From positions 36,644,001 to 36,708,000 of the forward strand of contig NC_087447.1 in assembly GCF_036321535.1 (NCBI RefSeq): a stretch of 64,000 bases of DNA, given 5' to 3'. Below, piece after piece: positions 1-13,799 of the stretch (position 1 is its first letter; each line of letters opens with the position of its first letter). This stretch comes from Camelus dromedarius. Taxonomy: Eukaryota. The notes beneath the pieces were generated by a model that made no database searches, was not told where the DNA came from, and worked only from the letters and a program-made list of their open reading frames with translations. The position numbers were made by a program, and so were the translations under genes.

Positions 1-1450
1 TCCACATCCATGCTTACATATATTTTTATTGTCAATATTTCAAACCGTTGCCAATATGACATGTAGAAAATGGCAGCTTATTTTTAGTATAATGGCATTT
101 CTTTGATTAGTAGTGAAATGGAGTATTTCTTTGTTTATTGTCCATTTGCATATTATTTTCTTTTTTAAAAATAAATGCCTTACTTGTATCTTTTGAGAAG
201 TAGGATTGATTTTGGAGTCAGACTGTTGGTGACAGAGTTTGAATCGTGGCTTTACCACCACTACTTATCAGTTCTGTAAACTTGGGTTTTACTTAGTCTC
301 TCGATGCCTCAGTTTTCTTATCTGTAAAAGCTTCCCATATGTCATAGGGTTGTTGCAAGGATCAAATGAATGAAAATATATCAAATATTTAGAATAGTCT
401 AGCACAAATTAATGCACATTATTATAATGAGCAATTAATTCTTAATGATTTGGTAAGAGGTCTTTATATGCTAAAAATATTAATCCTTTATCATATATAA
501 TGCAGATTTTTTTCCAGCTTTGTCATTTTCTCTTTCAGTTAAAGTTTTTAGAAAATCAGTGCTCTCTCATCAAATTTACAGTTTTATTTTTCTCTTTTTG
601 AGTTTCTGTCTTTGGTGTCATTTTTAGGAATGTTGTTCCCACCCAACATTATGTAAATATTCACATGTATTTTATTGTAGCATTATCATGTTTTTTTACA
701 TTTAATTTTAAAATCTATCTCAAATTTGTTTTCTTGTGTGATATGATATTAGGATATAAATAACCAATTGTCCCAAAAATATTAGTCATATAATCCATCT
801 TTAAAATGCTACAATTATCATAGACTAAATTCTTAGAGATGTTTGGGTCCATTTTAACTTCCTTTATTAATAATCAATCTGGCCAGTCATTTGAAACACT
901 TTAAATTAGTGATATGTTACATTTTTTAATTGTATTATATTTCTTTTAAAAAGTATCTCTATTATTCTAAAGCATTTGTTTTTCCAGGTGAACTTTAGAA
1001 TAATTTTATCATTTTTTCTTCCACTCACCAAAAAAATCTATTTGTGATTTTTAAAAAAAATATGCTAAATTCATAAAACAGTTTAGGATCATATGATTTT
1101 TTAAAATGATACATTGTATTTTACTTTAAGGATACATTTTAAATTTAACCCACTGTGCTTAGCATATAGTAGGCACTCAACACAAATGGTTGAATAAATA
1201 TTAAATGTGTTTATACTAACTGTGGAAAACTTAGGTGGTTTTCATTTTTCTCTATCATAAGCAGTACTTCAATGAACATATTTAACATATAAATCTTTGA
1301 ATGCCGCCATGATTACTTCTGTGGAATAAATTTCTAGACATCTAAAATCTAGTTCAAAGAGTATTTTTAATGATTTTGGTATTCTGCCAAATTGCCTTCC
1401 AGAAAGGATGCACCAATTTGTACTCCCCTCAGCAGTTTGAACTGTACTGT
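1..1450 (-). mobile_element. Degraded old L1M fragments, interrupted by a MIR and an L2 tail
   Basis: Antisense L1 ORF2-end motifs, e.g. ggcatttctttgattagtagtga and gccaaattgccttccagaaaggatgcaccaatttgtactccc. Confidence 0.6.
218..430 (+). mobile_element. MIR SINE
   Basis: MIR core: gtttgaatc...gcctcagttttcttatctgtaaaa...catagggttgttgcaaggatcaaatga. Confidence 0.8.
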
Positions 1451-4400
1451 CATGATCAGCTTCCTCCTTCCTCATTGTAAGGAGCAACACCAATTTCTAA
1501 TAAGTTTAAAATTAGTATTTCATGGTAAAAGAAACGGTTTTACTTTTTAGATGCTTGTTTATATTTTCTGAGTGAAAGGAGAGGCACATTAAACTTGCTA
1601 AATTTAGAGTACATTATATGTCTCCTATGTCTCTTTCTCTGTCAGATATTAATACATGTATTCTCTGTATAGGATACTAAAACAACCAATGTAGATGCAG
1701 TTCATGTGCTTGGGCAGAGTCATATGTGCAAGGAACCAAATTAATACTACTACTACTACTAATAATAATAATAATGCAGGTAATATTATTTTAGGATAAT
1801 GTCAAGTGGCTTTTCTCCTCTATTCTGATTTGTATTTCTTCTTTCTTTATACTGTAAAATCAGTTCTTCTCTTCTGATGAAAAGAAATTCTGTTTATTTA
1901 GTTTTAGTGTTTATCCAATTTTAGCTCTTTTAATAGTAACAAAGTATTTTCACCATTACCTTGCACGAACAGCCTTACTCCTTCTATGACAGACTGCACA
2001 TTTTGTTGGAGGAAAAAAAAATCATATTTTGTTCTTGCATACCAGGGAACTGAGATTTAAACAAGAAAGTAAACTACAATTACAGTTTTGAGTAATTGGA
2101 TGGAAAGAATCTAATAAGCAAAGGGCTTTACCCTGGTTCCTTTAATTTTTATTGATCTATTTATTTACTTTCCATTCTTCCTCTTTGTCTCCCTCCATGC
2201 AGTACACATACCGCAAGAAGAGGGTAAGGTTCAATTGTGATAGTGTAGTTATTACTACTGTATTTTAAAAGGTGAAGTTCTCTTTTCTTAGAAACAAATA
2301 CCAAAAACTTAAATATTTCTGTAACTATAACTTCTTTTCTGTAAAGAAGGTTTCTTTGTAGATTAAGTGATTTTAGTTTTCTGAAAACTAGTATTCCTTG
2401 ATACTTTTTTCTTTTTCTCTCCTTTTCTTTTTCCTACCCTCTCTCCATTTCCTTCCCCATCCACTCCTCCCTTTGTTCTCCCTCCCCTCCGCCCTCCCTT
2501 TTTTCTGCCAGGGTTAAGTTTAGTCAGTGTTAAAGAGGTACACCTGTCAGTTCTGAAGTCTGAAATGTTCCATCAGTAGCGCCGTAAGTTTTCCCCATTT
2601 TCAACAGTTGCCTGGGGAGATTTAAGTTGCTCTGTGCTCAGTCTACAGAATGTAGTCACAGGCTTCGGTGATGATTATGAAGAATTTTTCCCTTATTTTC
2701 TTCACTTTTACCTCATCGAGATCGTATGAAACTCTTACCCTTATAGCAAGAGTGCTATGATTTTAAAACCCAACTTCCTCAAGTTTTTCCATATTCCCAT
2801 CATTTGATATGAGGTTTTAACCATTTAAAAGCAAGAGTGTAGAGGAAGTGGGTGAAGAATTCCACTTATAATTATAGCTAACTGTATCAAACATGCATGG
2901 ATTATGTCTTAAGCATTAAGTCCACCAGTTTTCTAATCCTGGGATGACTTTCCCTTGACATCCAGCATACTTCTCCTTCCCTGTTCAACTCCCGTCTCTA
3001 CTCTCACCCCTTGCCAGTTTTGGGGGGATTTCTAGTTTATTTTAATATTGACCTTAAATCAATCTAATTCAGAAGGTATAGATCCAGTAGGAAAAAACCA
3101 CATTACATATGCCAGAACTATACATAAATTACTTTTGATTAACCAAATTGTTTCCCAAACATCCTGTTTGTATTAGATCTACAATTGCCTATACTACTAT
3201 AATCATATGTCATTCAACAGAGAAGTATGCAACTATAGATTTTTAGTGAGTTCTTTAGGACCAGAGCCATTTCTTGTGTTTTTTCTATATAACACTTTCT
3301 GCTTTGACATTTGGAGAACTGTTCTATAGCCTCAATTCTCTTTGCTACTAATTAGCAACTAGTTACTTGACTGAGTAAGTTGTTTAAACTTTCTAAGCCT
3401 TAATTTCCTTTTGGTTGTAACATTCTCTTGTTCAATGATCAAAATATCTAGTCTCAGCTGAAGAGTTTAGGTTTGATGAGTAGAAAATATCATTACTCTT
3501 TTATAATGTGTATAACTTCTGTGTGAGTGAGTAGACTGAAAAAAACAATTGGTGTGGAATAGTAAAGTTTGAGAAGGGTTTAAGAAGTATTAGTTAATAA
3601 TAGTGAGCTTTCGATATTTCTTTTTTAAGTGGATGAAATTGTAACTGTTTTCTCGCATAAGACCTATGGCAGTAGTCACTTTTTGGTTAGATAACCCTTT
3701 GATTTTTAAAAATTTAGCATTTAAAACAATTGCTGATAGGTATAGTGTTAGCATTAACTTTCACTTTCACACTTTTACCCTGTGATTTTTGACCTTGGTT
3801 ATTTCCTTTTCTTAAAACAATGACACAAAGTTGGACAGCTTCAATAATTACAGAAATAAAGAGAAGGAGGGAAAAGTGTAGAAAATGAGAGGTAGAAAGA
3901 GAGAGGAATGAACATGAAAGGAATGACAATAAATCTGATCATTCCTTTCTAAGTATTTTTCTGGGTTTTAAATACAATTTTACTTTGCTATTTCTTGAAT
4001 TTTGCAGGGGATAAGGCATCATTTGTTTTTTCAATTTTAATTATTTAAAATATTTGAGTCATATTATTGCACATGTTTAAGCAAAGATTGGGAAATAAAG
4101 CTTCTAAAGTGCTAGATAGGAGAACTGGTAAAGACGTTAATACTAAATTATCACTTTTTTCTGTCGTAAAATGCATTCCACTTATGACATTTGAAATACC
4201 ATTTGTATTCCTGGAGAAGTTAATTTTTAGAATTAGGTTGGCATTGTCACCATTTTACCTGAACAACCTCTAAGAAGGCAGACCGGTTGGAAACAAAAGC
4301 TACAAACCTGTGAATTAGTGATAGCATACCTCAAAGTGCCTGTATGATATGATTAGTAGAGATTCTAATGAACTGAAAAAGAAAAAGAGTTCCTGAGAGT

Positions 4401-4537
4401 AAAAATATTCTGAATAGGGTTTTCAGATTTTCTGATTTTTAGGGTAGACTTTCTGTAGAACTTTACATGTTTTATAAGAGGTAATTACCGGGTGTGTGCA
4501 AACACAATTCAGGATGTTCTCAGTGATGAAGAGGCAT

Positions 4538-4879
4538 TGTCTTAGTCTGTTTGGGCCACTGTAACAAAATAACCATGAACTTGATAGTTTGTAAATAATA
4601 GAAATTTATTTCTCAGAGTTCTGGAGTTTCCCAATGTCTGGAAATCAGACATTAGGGTGCTGGCATGGTTGGGTGCAGGCTCTCTTCTACATCACAGACT
4701 TCTCGTTGTATAGTGGAAAGGATTAGGAAACTCTTATAGAAGTGCTAATCACATTCATGAAGGTTCTAGCCTCATGACCTAATCACCTCCCAATAGTCCC
4801 ACCTGCTAATACCTTCACCTTTGAGGGTTAGGATTTCAACACATGAATGTTGGGGGAGACAAATGTTTAGACTATAGCA
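4538..4879 (-). mobile_element. MaLR solo LTR (MLT1A-like) with 5-bp TSD GGCAT
   Basis: TG...CA termini (tgtcttagtctgtttggg...agactatagca), GGCAT at 4533-4537 and 4880-4884, and the typical ctcatgacctaatcacctccca motif. Confidence 0.88.
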
Positions 4880-6470
4880 GGCATAGGGAGCTCAGAGAAA
4901 GATTAGGCTTTATGATTTAGGTAATTATGGTACAGTGTAATGTGAGATGATATCTGCATAGAAGCTGTAGTAATTGTACTGAGTTAAAGATGGGTCAAAG
5001 TGCATAGCCTTCAGTATTTATTAAATACCAAGGGCTTAGAGGCTGCATTAGTAAAGATAAGTTGACCTTTTTTTCTTCCTTCCTTCCTTTCTTTCTTTTT
5101 CTTTCTTTTTACCTCTTGGTTATTATCTAATAATGTACAGGATATATGAGATACATATATATATATATATTTATTTATTCAATGTATTTGTTAAATACTT
5201 TCATTCTTGATGATTACAGAGTTAACTACATGTAAACCATAAAACCACAAACTCTTGCAATAAAATTTGGTTAATACTTAGGTGTGATTGTACCCACCAA
5301 TTAAATTCTTAAGTGTGATGCTACACCATTTACTTGCAAGATTCACTGTTTCCAGAGCAGTAGGGGAAGATGTTGTAAAAGACAAGAACTATCTCATAGA
5401 ATAGGAGGCTGAGTTTATTTGGTAGTGAAAGAGTAACCCAAAGAAGGAAGTTGGACCTAAGGGAAAAGAACAAAGTATGAAAGGAGGAGTGCATTCAAGG
5501 AGGAGATTTCAAACAATGGCACAGAAGTTGAAGAAGAGCCCATTTGCCTGGATTGATTACTGACACATTTTTGTTTTAGGAAAGTGTCTAGAATTTATTT
5601 CTCTACATTTTGTAGAAATGCAGAATTTCACATTGTGAACTGTCTGTCCTTTGTGGTTGTCATTCTGCCTCTGAATAATGAAAACATTTTAGGGACATAA
5701 AGCTCGAACAGTTTGCATTATAACTATAATTTAATGATGAAATTATATTTCTTTTGTGCATGTTGTTCATAGGTATGCATATTCACAGAGTAACACACTA
5801 CTGTGAATAATTTTCTTTACAGTGCCGTTTTCCTCATCCATTGTTCTTGATGAATAAATCTATACACTATTATGTTACATTTGTGAAGAGTTAAAGGGTG
5901 GTTGTGTCATATGACTGTTACAAGTTCTGAATACAGTTCACATTAACTAATGTGGGGTTTTATAGTATCAGAAAAAAATAATGGAGTGTCATCAAAGGGA
6001 CGGGTAGGGGCTTATAGAAAAAGAAAGGAAATTTGTATATTGGAATCTAAATTAAAATTTTAAATTAAAGATCTTTCCATTCCAGTTATTCCAGTGAGGT
6101 GTTCAGCCAGTTCATCTGTACTGGCTTTGTCCATCAATATTTCAAGAATGATTAATGATTGTATTCTATTACTTTGCTTTTATTTTAATTCTTCTGTATT
6201 TAGTTCACCTTCTGTGAAGGGTGCCTAGTGGTTAACTGCATACTTCTCTTCAAGTCAGTTAGTATTGCCCTCACTCAACTGGGCTTATCCTCGAGTGATC
6301 TTTTGAAGAAGCAGCCTTTCTAACAAAGTTCTACTATTAGCTGTCAACCTAAGTCTTTGTTAGTGCTCCACTCTCTTATGACTCAATAGCCTTAGTTGGT
6401 TGGCTCCTCAGTTTAAAGCCTGCCATCTGTCTCTATTTTCCCTTTCTTTTTGCCTTTTAGTCCTGTGCCA

Positions 6471-6797
<327 letters not shown>

Positions 6798-6902
6798 GAG
6801 ATATAATTGATATATAGCACTGTATCAATTTAAGGGGTATAGCATAATGATTTGAGTTAGATATATTGTGAAATGATTACCACAGTAAGTTTAGTTAACA
6901 TA
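6798..6902 (-). mobile_element. Short L1 3'-end fragment (L1MA9-like)
   Basis: gagatataattgatatatagcactgtatcaatttaagggg...gaaatgattaccacagtaagtttagttaacat is a typical antisense L1 3' terminus; a related copy lies at about 54575-54710. Confidence 0.75.
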
Positions 6903-7307
6903 CCATTTCTTTTCTGCTAGAATATTTTTCTCTATTATGCAATTTAAAAAAGTCTTTAGTACACTTACTAAAAAGGCTTTAGTATACTTTAGTATCACAC
7001 ATAGTATGATAAGATGAGGAGTCAGAACTGATAAACTTGTTTTTCTATTCCTTCGTTACTTATTCTGGTCACTTTCACTAACTTGACTTTTGTAACCTAT
7101 ATTTTTAGTAGGTCAAATAATGTATGTATCACCAATTAATCAGTAAGTCAACCAATTGTTTACTGAATTAGTATTTTAAGTACTATGCCAGACATAAGAT
7201 GATTCCCGCTTTCGGTAAGCTTGCAGTGTAAACAAATTCAGGCAGTATTACATGTTGACTTTCAAAGCATTTACTTGTCTTTCAACAAATATTAGGTGCC
7301 TTATGTT

Positions 7308-7540
7308 ATAATAGTAATTAACATGTACTGAGTATTGTCCATGGGCCACGCATTGTGCTAAAGTACTTTAAATGTATTACATAATTTAATTCTTTACATA
7401 ATTTCTATGAGCTGCATTTTATTATTACTACTGTTACTGTTTTATGAGAAGAGAATAAGATACAGAGGTCAGGAATTTGCCTAGGGTGACAGAGTTGGTA
7501 GACGCTGCTGTAATAACATCAGCCAGACTGTGCTCAAGAG
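7308..7540 (-). mobile_element. MIR SINE
   Basis: Antisense MIR: aacatgtactgagta...cattgtgctaaagtacttta...gatacagaggtcaggaatttgcctagggtgacagag. Confidence 0.75.
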
Positions 7541-7580
7541 CCTCCATGAGTTATGTGGCAGGATTAGAAATGCATTCTGA

Positions 7581-7922
7581 TCATCTTTTCATGTGCCTAT
7601 TGGCCATCTGTATGTCTCCTTTGGAGAAATGTCTAGGTCTTCTGTCCATTTTTTGTTTGGGTTGTTTGTCTTTTTGTTATTGAGTTGTATAAGTTGTGTA
7701 TTCTGGAAATTAAGCCCTTCTCAGTCACATTGTCTGCAAGTTATTTTCTCCCAATCTGTAAGTTATCTTTTCATTTTGTTTATGACCACATTCAATATTT
7801 TGTAATAACCTATAATGAAAAAGAATGTGAAAAAGAATATATATGTATAACCGAATCACTATGCTGTACACAGAAACTAACACAACGTTGTAAATCAACA
7901 TACTTCAATTAAAAATAATAAA
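7581..7922 (+). mobile_element. 5'-inverted, truncated L1 (cetartiodactyl type) with ~13-bp TSD
   Basis: 7581 to ~7784 is antisense ORF2 end; ~7785-7922 is the sense 3'UTR end plus A-rich tail. Flanks are aaatgcattctga (7568-7580) and aaatgcattttga (7923-7935). Confidence 0.82.
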
Positions 7923-8124
7923 AAATGCATTTTGAGATTTTGATAGAAAAGTCTAAGTAATTTTGGGATAGTACTTACTATAGTATTGAGTTTATAATCC
8001 AGTTTTATTCTTCAGAATATAGTGAAGGTTGATCATATATATGTATGCATATATATTTCACATATATGCATATATATTTCTATGTGTGTTTTATATTCAT
8101 TCCTTGGTGTTTTCGAGTTTGGAA

Positions 8125-9140
8125 TTTCATTCAACAAAATTTACTGAGCATTTACTCTATACCAGGCATCATAAGGGCATTGAAGATACATCAATGAATA
8201 AATCAGAAATTCCTGCCCTCAAAGAGCTTAAATTATAGTGGAAAGAGAAAGACAATATAAAAAAGTAAACTATTATACAGTAAATTAGAAGATAGATACA
8301 ATGGAGAAAAATAAAACAAGGAAAGGGAATAGGGAGTTCCTGGTGTGGAGGCGTGTCTAGTTTTAAGTAGGATGGTCAGGGAAGTTCTCATAGAGAAGAA
8401 AATCTTTCCTCAAAGGCTTGAAGTAACAACAAAGGAACCACGCATATCTGGAGAAGAATGTTCCAGGCAGAGGGAGTAGCCAGTGTAGAGACTCTAAGTT
8501 TGAAATGTGCCTGGATATTCAAAGAACTGGAAGAGACCAGAATGGCTGGGGATAAGTGAGTGAAAGGGAAATAATAGTAGATGAATTCAGAAAAAGAACA
8601 TCATATGGGAATGTGTAGAGCATTGTGAGGATTTTGGCTTTTACTCGGTGTGAGATGGGGAGCCGATGGAACTTTTTGAGCAGAGGAGTGGTATGACTTA
8701 ATTTATGTTTTAAAGGGATCATTTTGGCTATTGCTGGGAATAAACTGCAGGGATGCAAAAGAGTAGAAGCAGAGTGATCACTTGAAAGGCTATTAAAATA
8801 GTATAGATGAGAGTTACTGGTGACTTTAAGTAGTAGTTGAGGTGAATATATTGTGAATATAGTTGGAATGAAAAAATAGCAGGACTTTCTAACAAATTGG
8901 ATTTGGAGAATAAGAAGAAGAAAGGAATCAAGGATGATGCCAGGATTTTGGCCTGAGAAACTATAAGGACAGAGTTGTCATTAAGTGACATGGGAAAGTC
9001 TGTGGGAGGAACTGGTTTTAGGAAGTATCAGGAGCTCAGTTTTGGGACATGTTAAATTTGGGATGCATGCTAGATACCCAAATGGAGATGTGGAGTAGGC
9101 AGGAGAGAGAAGTGGACTGGAGATAAATATTTAAGACTCA
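8125..9140 (-). mobile_element. L2 LINE 3' portion
   Basis: Starts with the antisense L2 tail ttcattcaacaaaatttactgagc; L2 body motifs include ttccaggcagagggagtagccagtg and gagctcagttttgggacatgttaaatttg. Confidence 0.88.
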
Positions 9141-9318
9141 TGTACAGATATGAGCATCGTACTTCTAGATCTCAATCTATTTACTCTATTTGAAAGGCCT
9201 CTTTTCTCATTTTTTGGTTAAGATAGGATGAAAAGAATCTATATTATGTTTAATTCTGAGTGGCAAAAATATAAATTTGTTCTGTTGTAAATCTTCTGGT
9301 CTGCCTGAAGTCTTATAC

Positions 9319-9974
9319 TGTACCAAGTATAGTCATATCTAGTCAGGAGAACAAAAATGATTAAAGTGGATGGGATTTAATTGAGGTAACTTGTTACAGA
9401 AGTACTGGAAGGTTGAAAAAGCAAAAAAGGAAGCTGAGGCAACCCAGATTTAACTGTAGGGAACAGCTACCAGCCATAAGTTTGGTGGAACAAAGAAGAA
9501 AGTGAGTTACTAGAACTTACGAACTTGGAAAAGCTTCTGACTGGGGCTTGGACCTCTGGGAAGTGGGTGTGCTATGTGATTTGTGCTCAAACCACTGAGG
9601 GAAACATGGCGTGGCTTATGCTCTAATCACTGAGAGGAGTGTGGCCAGCTGGTGCTGGTATCTCTGAGAGGGTTAAGCAACTGGTATTGGGAGTGCTAAA
9701 AGAAGCCACTGCGTGGGGCGGGGGGAATGTAAAATGGTGCATCCATAACTGCATTTTGCTGCTGGAGGGATGCTGTCAGGAGCTAGAAAATGGAAGTCTC
9801 CTCTCTTCTCCCAACTAATTTCTCACTAGTCCCTCTCATCTAATAGGAAGTCCCAGAATCTAATAGGAAGTCAGCTGGCAAGGGAGCCTGGGTAATCTAG
9901 TGCCCCAGAATCACAGAGCAGAGTATTGAAGGGTGATGTGAGAGTCAAGGGACTGTAAGTAAATAACTGGCACA
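9319..9974 (-). mobile_element. ERVL-class solo LTR with 5-bp TSD TATAC
   Basis: TG...CA termini (tgtaccaag...taactggcaca) flanked by TATAC at 9314-9318 and 9975-9979. Subfamily and strand are tentative. Confidence 0.72.
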
Positions 9975-10204
9975 TATACTGTGAATGTTAAGATATAAAT
10001 AAAATTTTAAGACCTCATTCCATTGTAATGTTCAGTAAAGTAGGACACTTTACATTTTAAGCCATGGTACTTTGGTTATTTGTTGATGATAAATGGAAGA
10101 TAATATTTGGTGTTGAAGGGGATAATAACTGATTAATTTTAAGAATGATTTGGTTTTCAAAACTTTAAATCTATTTTCTGTCTCCAGGCAAGAAATTAGC
10201 CAGT

Positions 10205-10540
10205 TCACTCATTTAGCAAATGTTTATTGAGCGTTTATCATATGCCAGGTATTACTAGTCCTTGCACATAAAATATATTAGTGAGTAAAACAATTTTAAT
10301 TCTCATAGAGCTTATATTATAGATGGGAGGGACAGATAACAATAAGCATGATAAGTAAGTAAATTACACAGTATATTTGAAGTTTATAAGAGCTATAAAA
10401 AAAGAAAAAATTATAGAGTAAGAGAAGGTGAGTTGATAGTGCAAGGAAGCAGTTTTAAATAGGATAATCAGAGTAGGACTCATTGAGAACATGACATTTG
10501 GGGAAAGACCTGAAGAAGGTAAGGGAGTTAGCCATAGGAG
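10205..10540 (-). mobile_element. L2 3' fragment
   Basis: ttcactcatttagcaaatgtttattgagc...gacatttggggaaagacctgaagaagg. Confidence 0.8.
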
Positions 10541-10549
10541 GGGAAATTG

Positions 10550-11120
10550 TTGTTTTCCATATTTTGATAATAGCCATCCTAGTGGATGTGATGTATTTAG
10601 TGGTTTGATTTGCATTTACCTAATGATTGATGATGCTGAACATCTTTACATATACGTATTGGCCACTTGTAGGTCTTTGGAGAAATGTCTGTTTAAATCC
10701 CTTGCCCATTTTTGAATTGGGTTTTTTCTTTTGTTAATGAATTATAGCAGTTCTTTATGTATTCTGGGTATTAATCCCTTATCAGATATATGATTTGAAT
10801 TTTTTCTCCCTTTCTGTAGGTTATCTTTTCACTCTCTTGATAGTGTCCTTTGATGCACATAAGTTTTTTAATTTGACGAAGTCCAGTTTATCTATTTTTC
10901 TTTTGTTGCCTGTGCTTTTGTGTCATAATCAAGAAATCATTGCAAATCTCATGTCATAAAGATTTCCCTTATGTCTTCTTAGGGTCTTATGGTTTCAGCT
11001 TTTATGTTTAGGTCTTTGATCCATTTTGAGTTAGTTTTTGTGTATAGTGTAAGATAAGGGTTAAACTCCAGTGTTTTGGGGAGTTATCCAGTTTTCTCAG
11101 CACCACTTGTTGAAAAGACA
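10550..11120 (-). mobile_element. L1 (L1M) ORF2 3' fragment
   Basis: Antisense ORF2 end (ORF 10364-10615 begins MQIKPLNTSHPLGWL, matching the L1 MQIKTT...HLTP.RMA region); also ggtctttgatccattttgagttagtttttgtgtatagtgtaagataaggg. Confidence 0.88.
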
Positions 11121-13799
11121 TCTGTTCATTTTTTATCTGTAATTTTTATGAATTTAGATATTGGGGAAAATAATATTAAAGATTTATAGTTTTTAGTAAT
11201 TGTCTAGTATTCAACACTCTTTTTGCTATGTCTCCATTTCCTGTTATCATTTGCAAACATAATAGAAATGCTAATTAGTTGAAGAATTATTTTGTGGCCA
11301 ATATACAGTTAAAAGAACATTATATTAACTTTAATATTTTCGAGGAAAGTTACTTTTATAAGGTACATAGGTTTTATGTTTGTATATGTACAAAACCTTG
11401 AAGTGCTAGACAATAATTTCTTTATACCCCGATATCAGTGTTTAGTCTATTGGAAATTTTGGCCATTATAACTTTTCCATTCATACGTTTGTGGCTGTAA
11501 GCTTTTATTATTTGTTAATCACTCATTTTCATTTTGCGATGTGTCTAAGCTGTAGGTGAGATTGAAAACTGTATTCCATGGTGATTTGTAATTACTTGGG
11601 ATAATTATCTGAGATTTTCTCATACTTCACAGGGATGTTGTCTCTCTTTCTTTTGCCTTGTGCTGTGCTTACACATTACTGACTGTGGTTTGAGAGCCAG
11701 TTCTTTTCTTTAAGTCCCGAAGGAGAAGACGTGGTTGCTTTCTGTGTCATAACTGTGTGAATGGCTTGGGTTCCCAGTAGAATCATTTGGGATTTCAGTG
11801 GACAGCACGCTGTCTCTCTTAGCCTATTATGAATCTGACATGGTGTGAGGGAGAGTGCATTTGGAACATTGTTCTTTCCTTTGCTCTTGTTTTCCTGAAT
11901 ATAGTTCTCATGTTGGGCCCTGTGGAAAATTGGAAGTATATTTAGTCTCACAGTAATAATTCCAATAGAAAAAGACAATGTACTTCAAATAAGAAACTTT
12001 ATTTCTGTTTTAGAAGCAAAGTGAAACCAAAATCAGAGCACACATAATTGCAAAATGTGCTTTGTTAAAATCCATACTATACCCTAAATCTAGTCGGAGG
12101 AAATAGAGTGCAGATTCAAATTTCCCTTCTCTACTTGTTACACTTGAATAAATTTCACTTGGATGAACTAGTTATTCCAGCAAACTTCCAGTTTCTGCAC
12201 CACCTTTATGGGAGTTATTGATTTGATTATTTAATTTTTGCTGACCCAGTAGGGCCAGCTCTCCTTGATGGAAGCTTGTAGGTGTTTTGATGGTTTTGCA
12301 CTGTGGCACTTGTCCTGTGATTTTTGTATTTAGGTTACAGATTTGGGACTGAATGTTATCCGTTGGCTATTGAAAAGAAATAGTAAGTTTGTATACATCT
12401 AAGTGCATACAGAAAGTAATTATGACAGGCTGTGAGTTATCAATTTGTTCTCCATGGGAGCCATTGAATAGTGAAAGCGTGGGATTTGGACCCGGGTCTA
12501 AGTCTTTGTTCTGCAATTTACTTGCAGTATCCTTAAACCTTTCTCAATATCGGTTTCTTATCGATAAATTGGGGATAATATTATTATAACTATCATACAC
12601 TTTGAAAGGATTAAATTAAGTATTATTTGCATCTATTTTTCTACTTGAAATAGTTCTGTGGTACAAAAAGCATTTCTCTATGTGTGTGATTTAGTTTAAT
12701 TGTATTTAGATAATTTTATAATTCACTCCCTTTTCAGGATGTCAGAATGCAAGAAGAATAGTAGTCCTTTCTAACCAGTCCCTAGCAGCTGATTAAACAC
12801 TGTATAGGAGAACTGGGAAATATGAAAGATGGCAAATGAAATCCTGGCAGAGAGAACAGTCTAATCCCAAAGGACATTTTCAACAATAGCCTGGGCCCTA
12901 TGCCTAGTACTTAGAGGGGCCTGTGGTAAGACACTCCTTCCCTTCACTGTACCATTCCCAGATTCTTATTTGTTAATGCTTGGCTTTATTAATAAAGTCA
13001 TGACCACTTGTTCTGCACTGCATATGGTTGGTTGTGATTTCCAGCTGCCCTTTGGGCTAAAGTGTAAACAGTGAGTAGATTGTTATATTCTTCTATTAAG
13101 CTTAAAGCTGTGATCTCATGTCTGTACCACATATGTCTGCAACCAGAAATATATCCTTTTCCTGATCTCATGGAAGAGAAGCAGCACTGTGTCTGAAAAG
13201 AGTCTGAATTCATTAATGTAAGGGCTTTTTACTTTTTCCTTTCTTTCTTTCTTTTTTTGTTTTATTTTTTTGTTTTTACTGAAACCAAAGAACAAAATAA
13301 AGGCATAAAAAGTCATGAACATCATCAATAGGTTGTCAACATGACACCAAACAGCGTAATATATTGTCAAGATGAACGTTTAATCTGGTGACTGAAATTT
13401 CTATACATTTGGCATTTTCACAGAAGACAGAAATGCAGGCAATAATCCAACAATCCAAGTCACAAAGAGAGCCTCAGTGCAGTGGATTTGAAATAAGCAC
13501 AACAGTTTGTCTGAGTGGCTGAGAAAATACCAATTGATAGAACTAGCTCCTAAATTCTAGCCCAATTGCTAATATGGTAGGTTAATTAGCATCTAAATTT
13601 TTTTCCCCTTAATATGTTCATCAGGGATGCTGTTGTTATTGTCAGTGGTGGTGATTTTTTTTCTTTTTAAATCAGCTTCAACTGCTTGATATTACAGATG
13701 TTTCAACTGTTCACATGGTATGAATACTAGATAAAACCTTGATGTTCTAAGCTGTCTGGAAGAGGAAATTTATAATAATGATATCATTTTATACCATAC

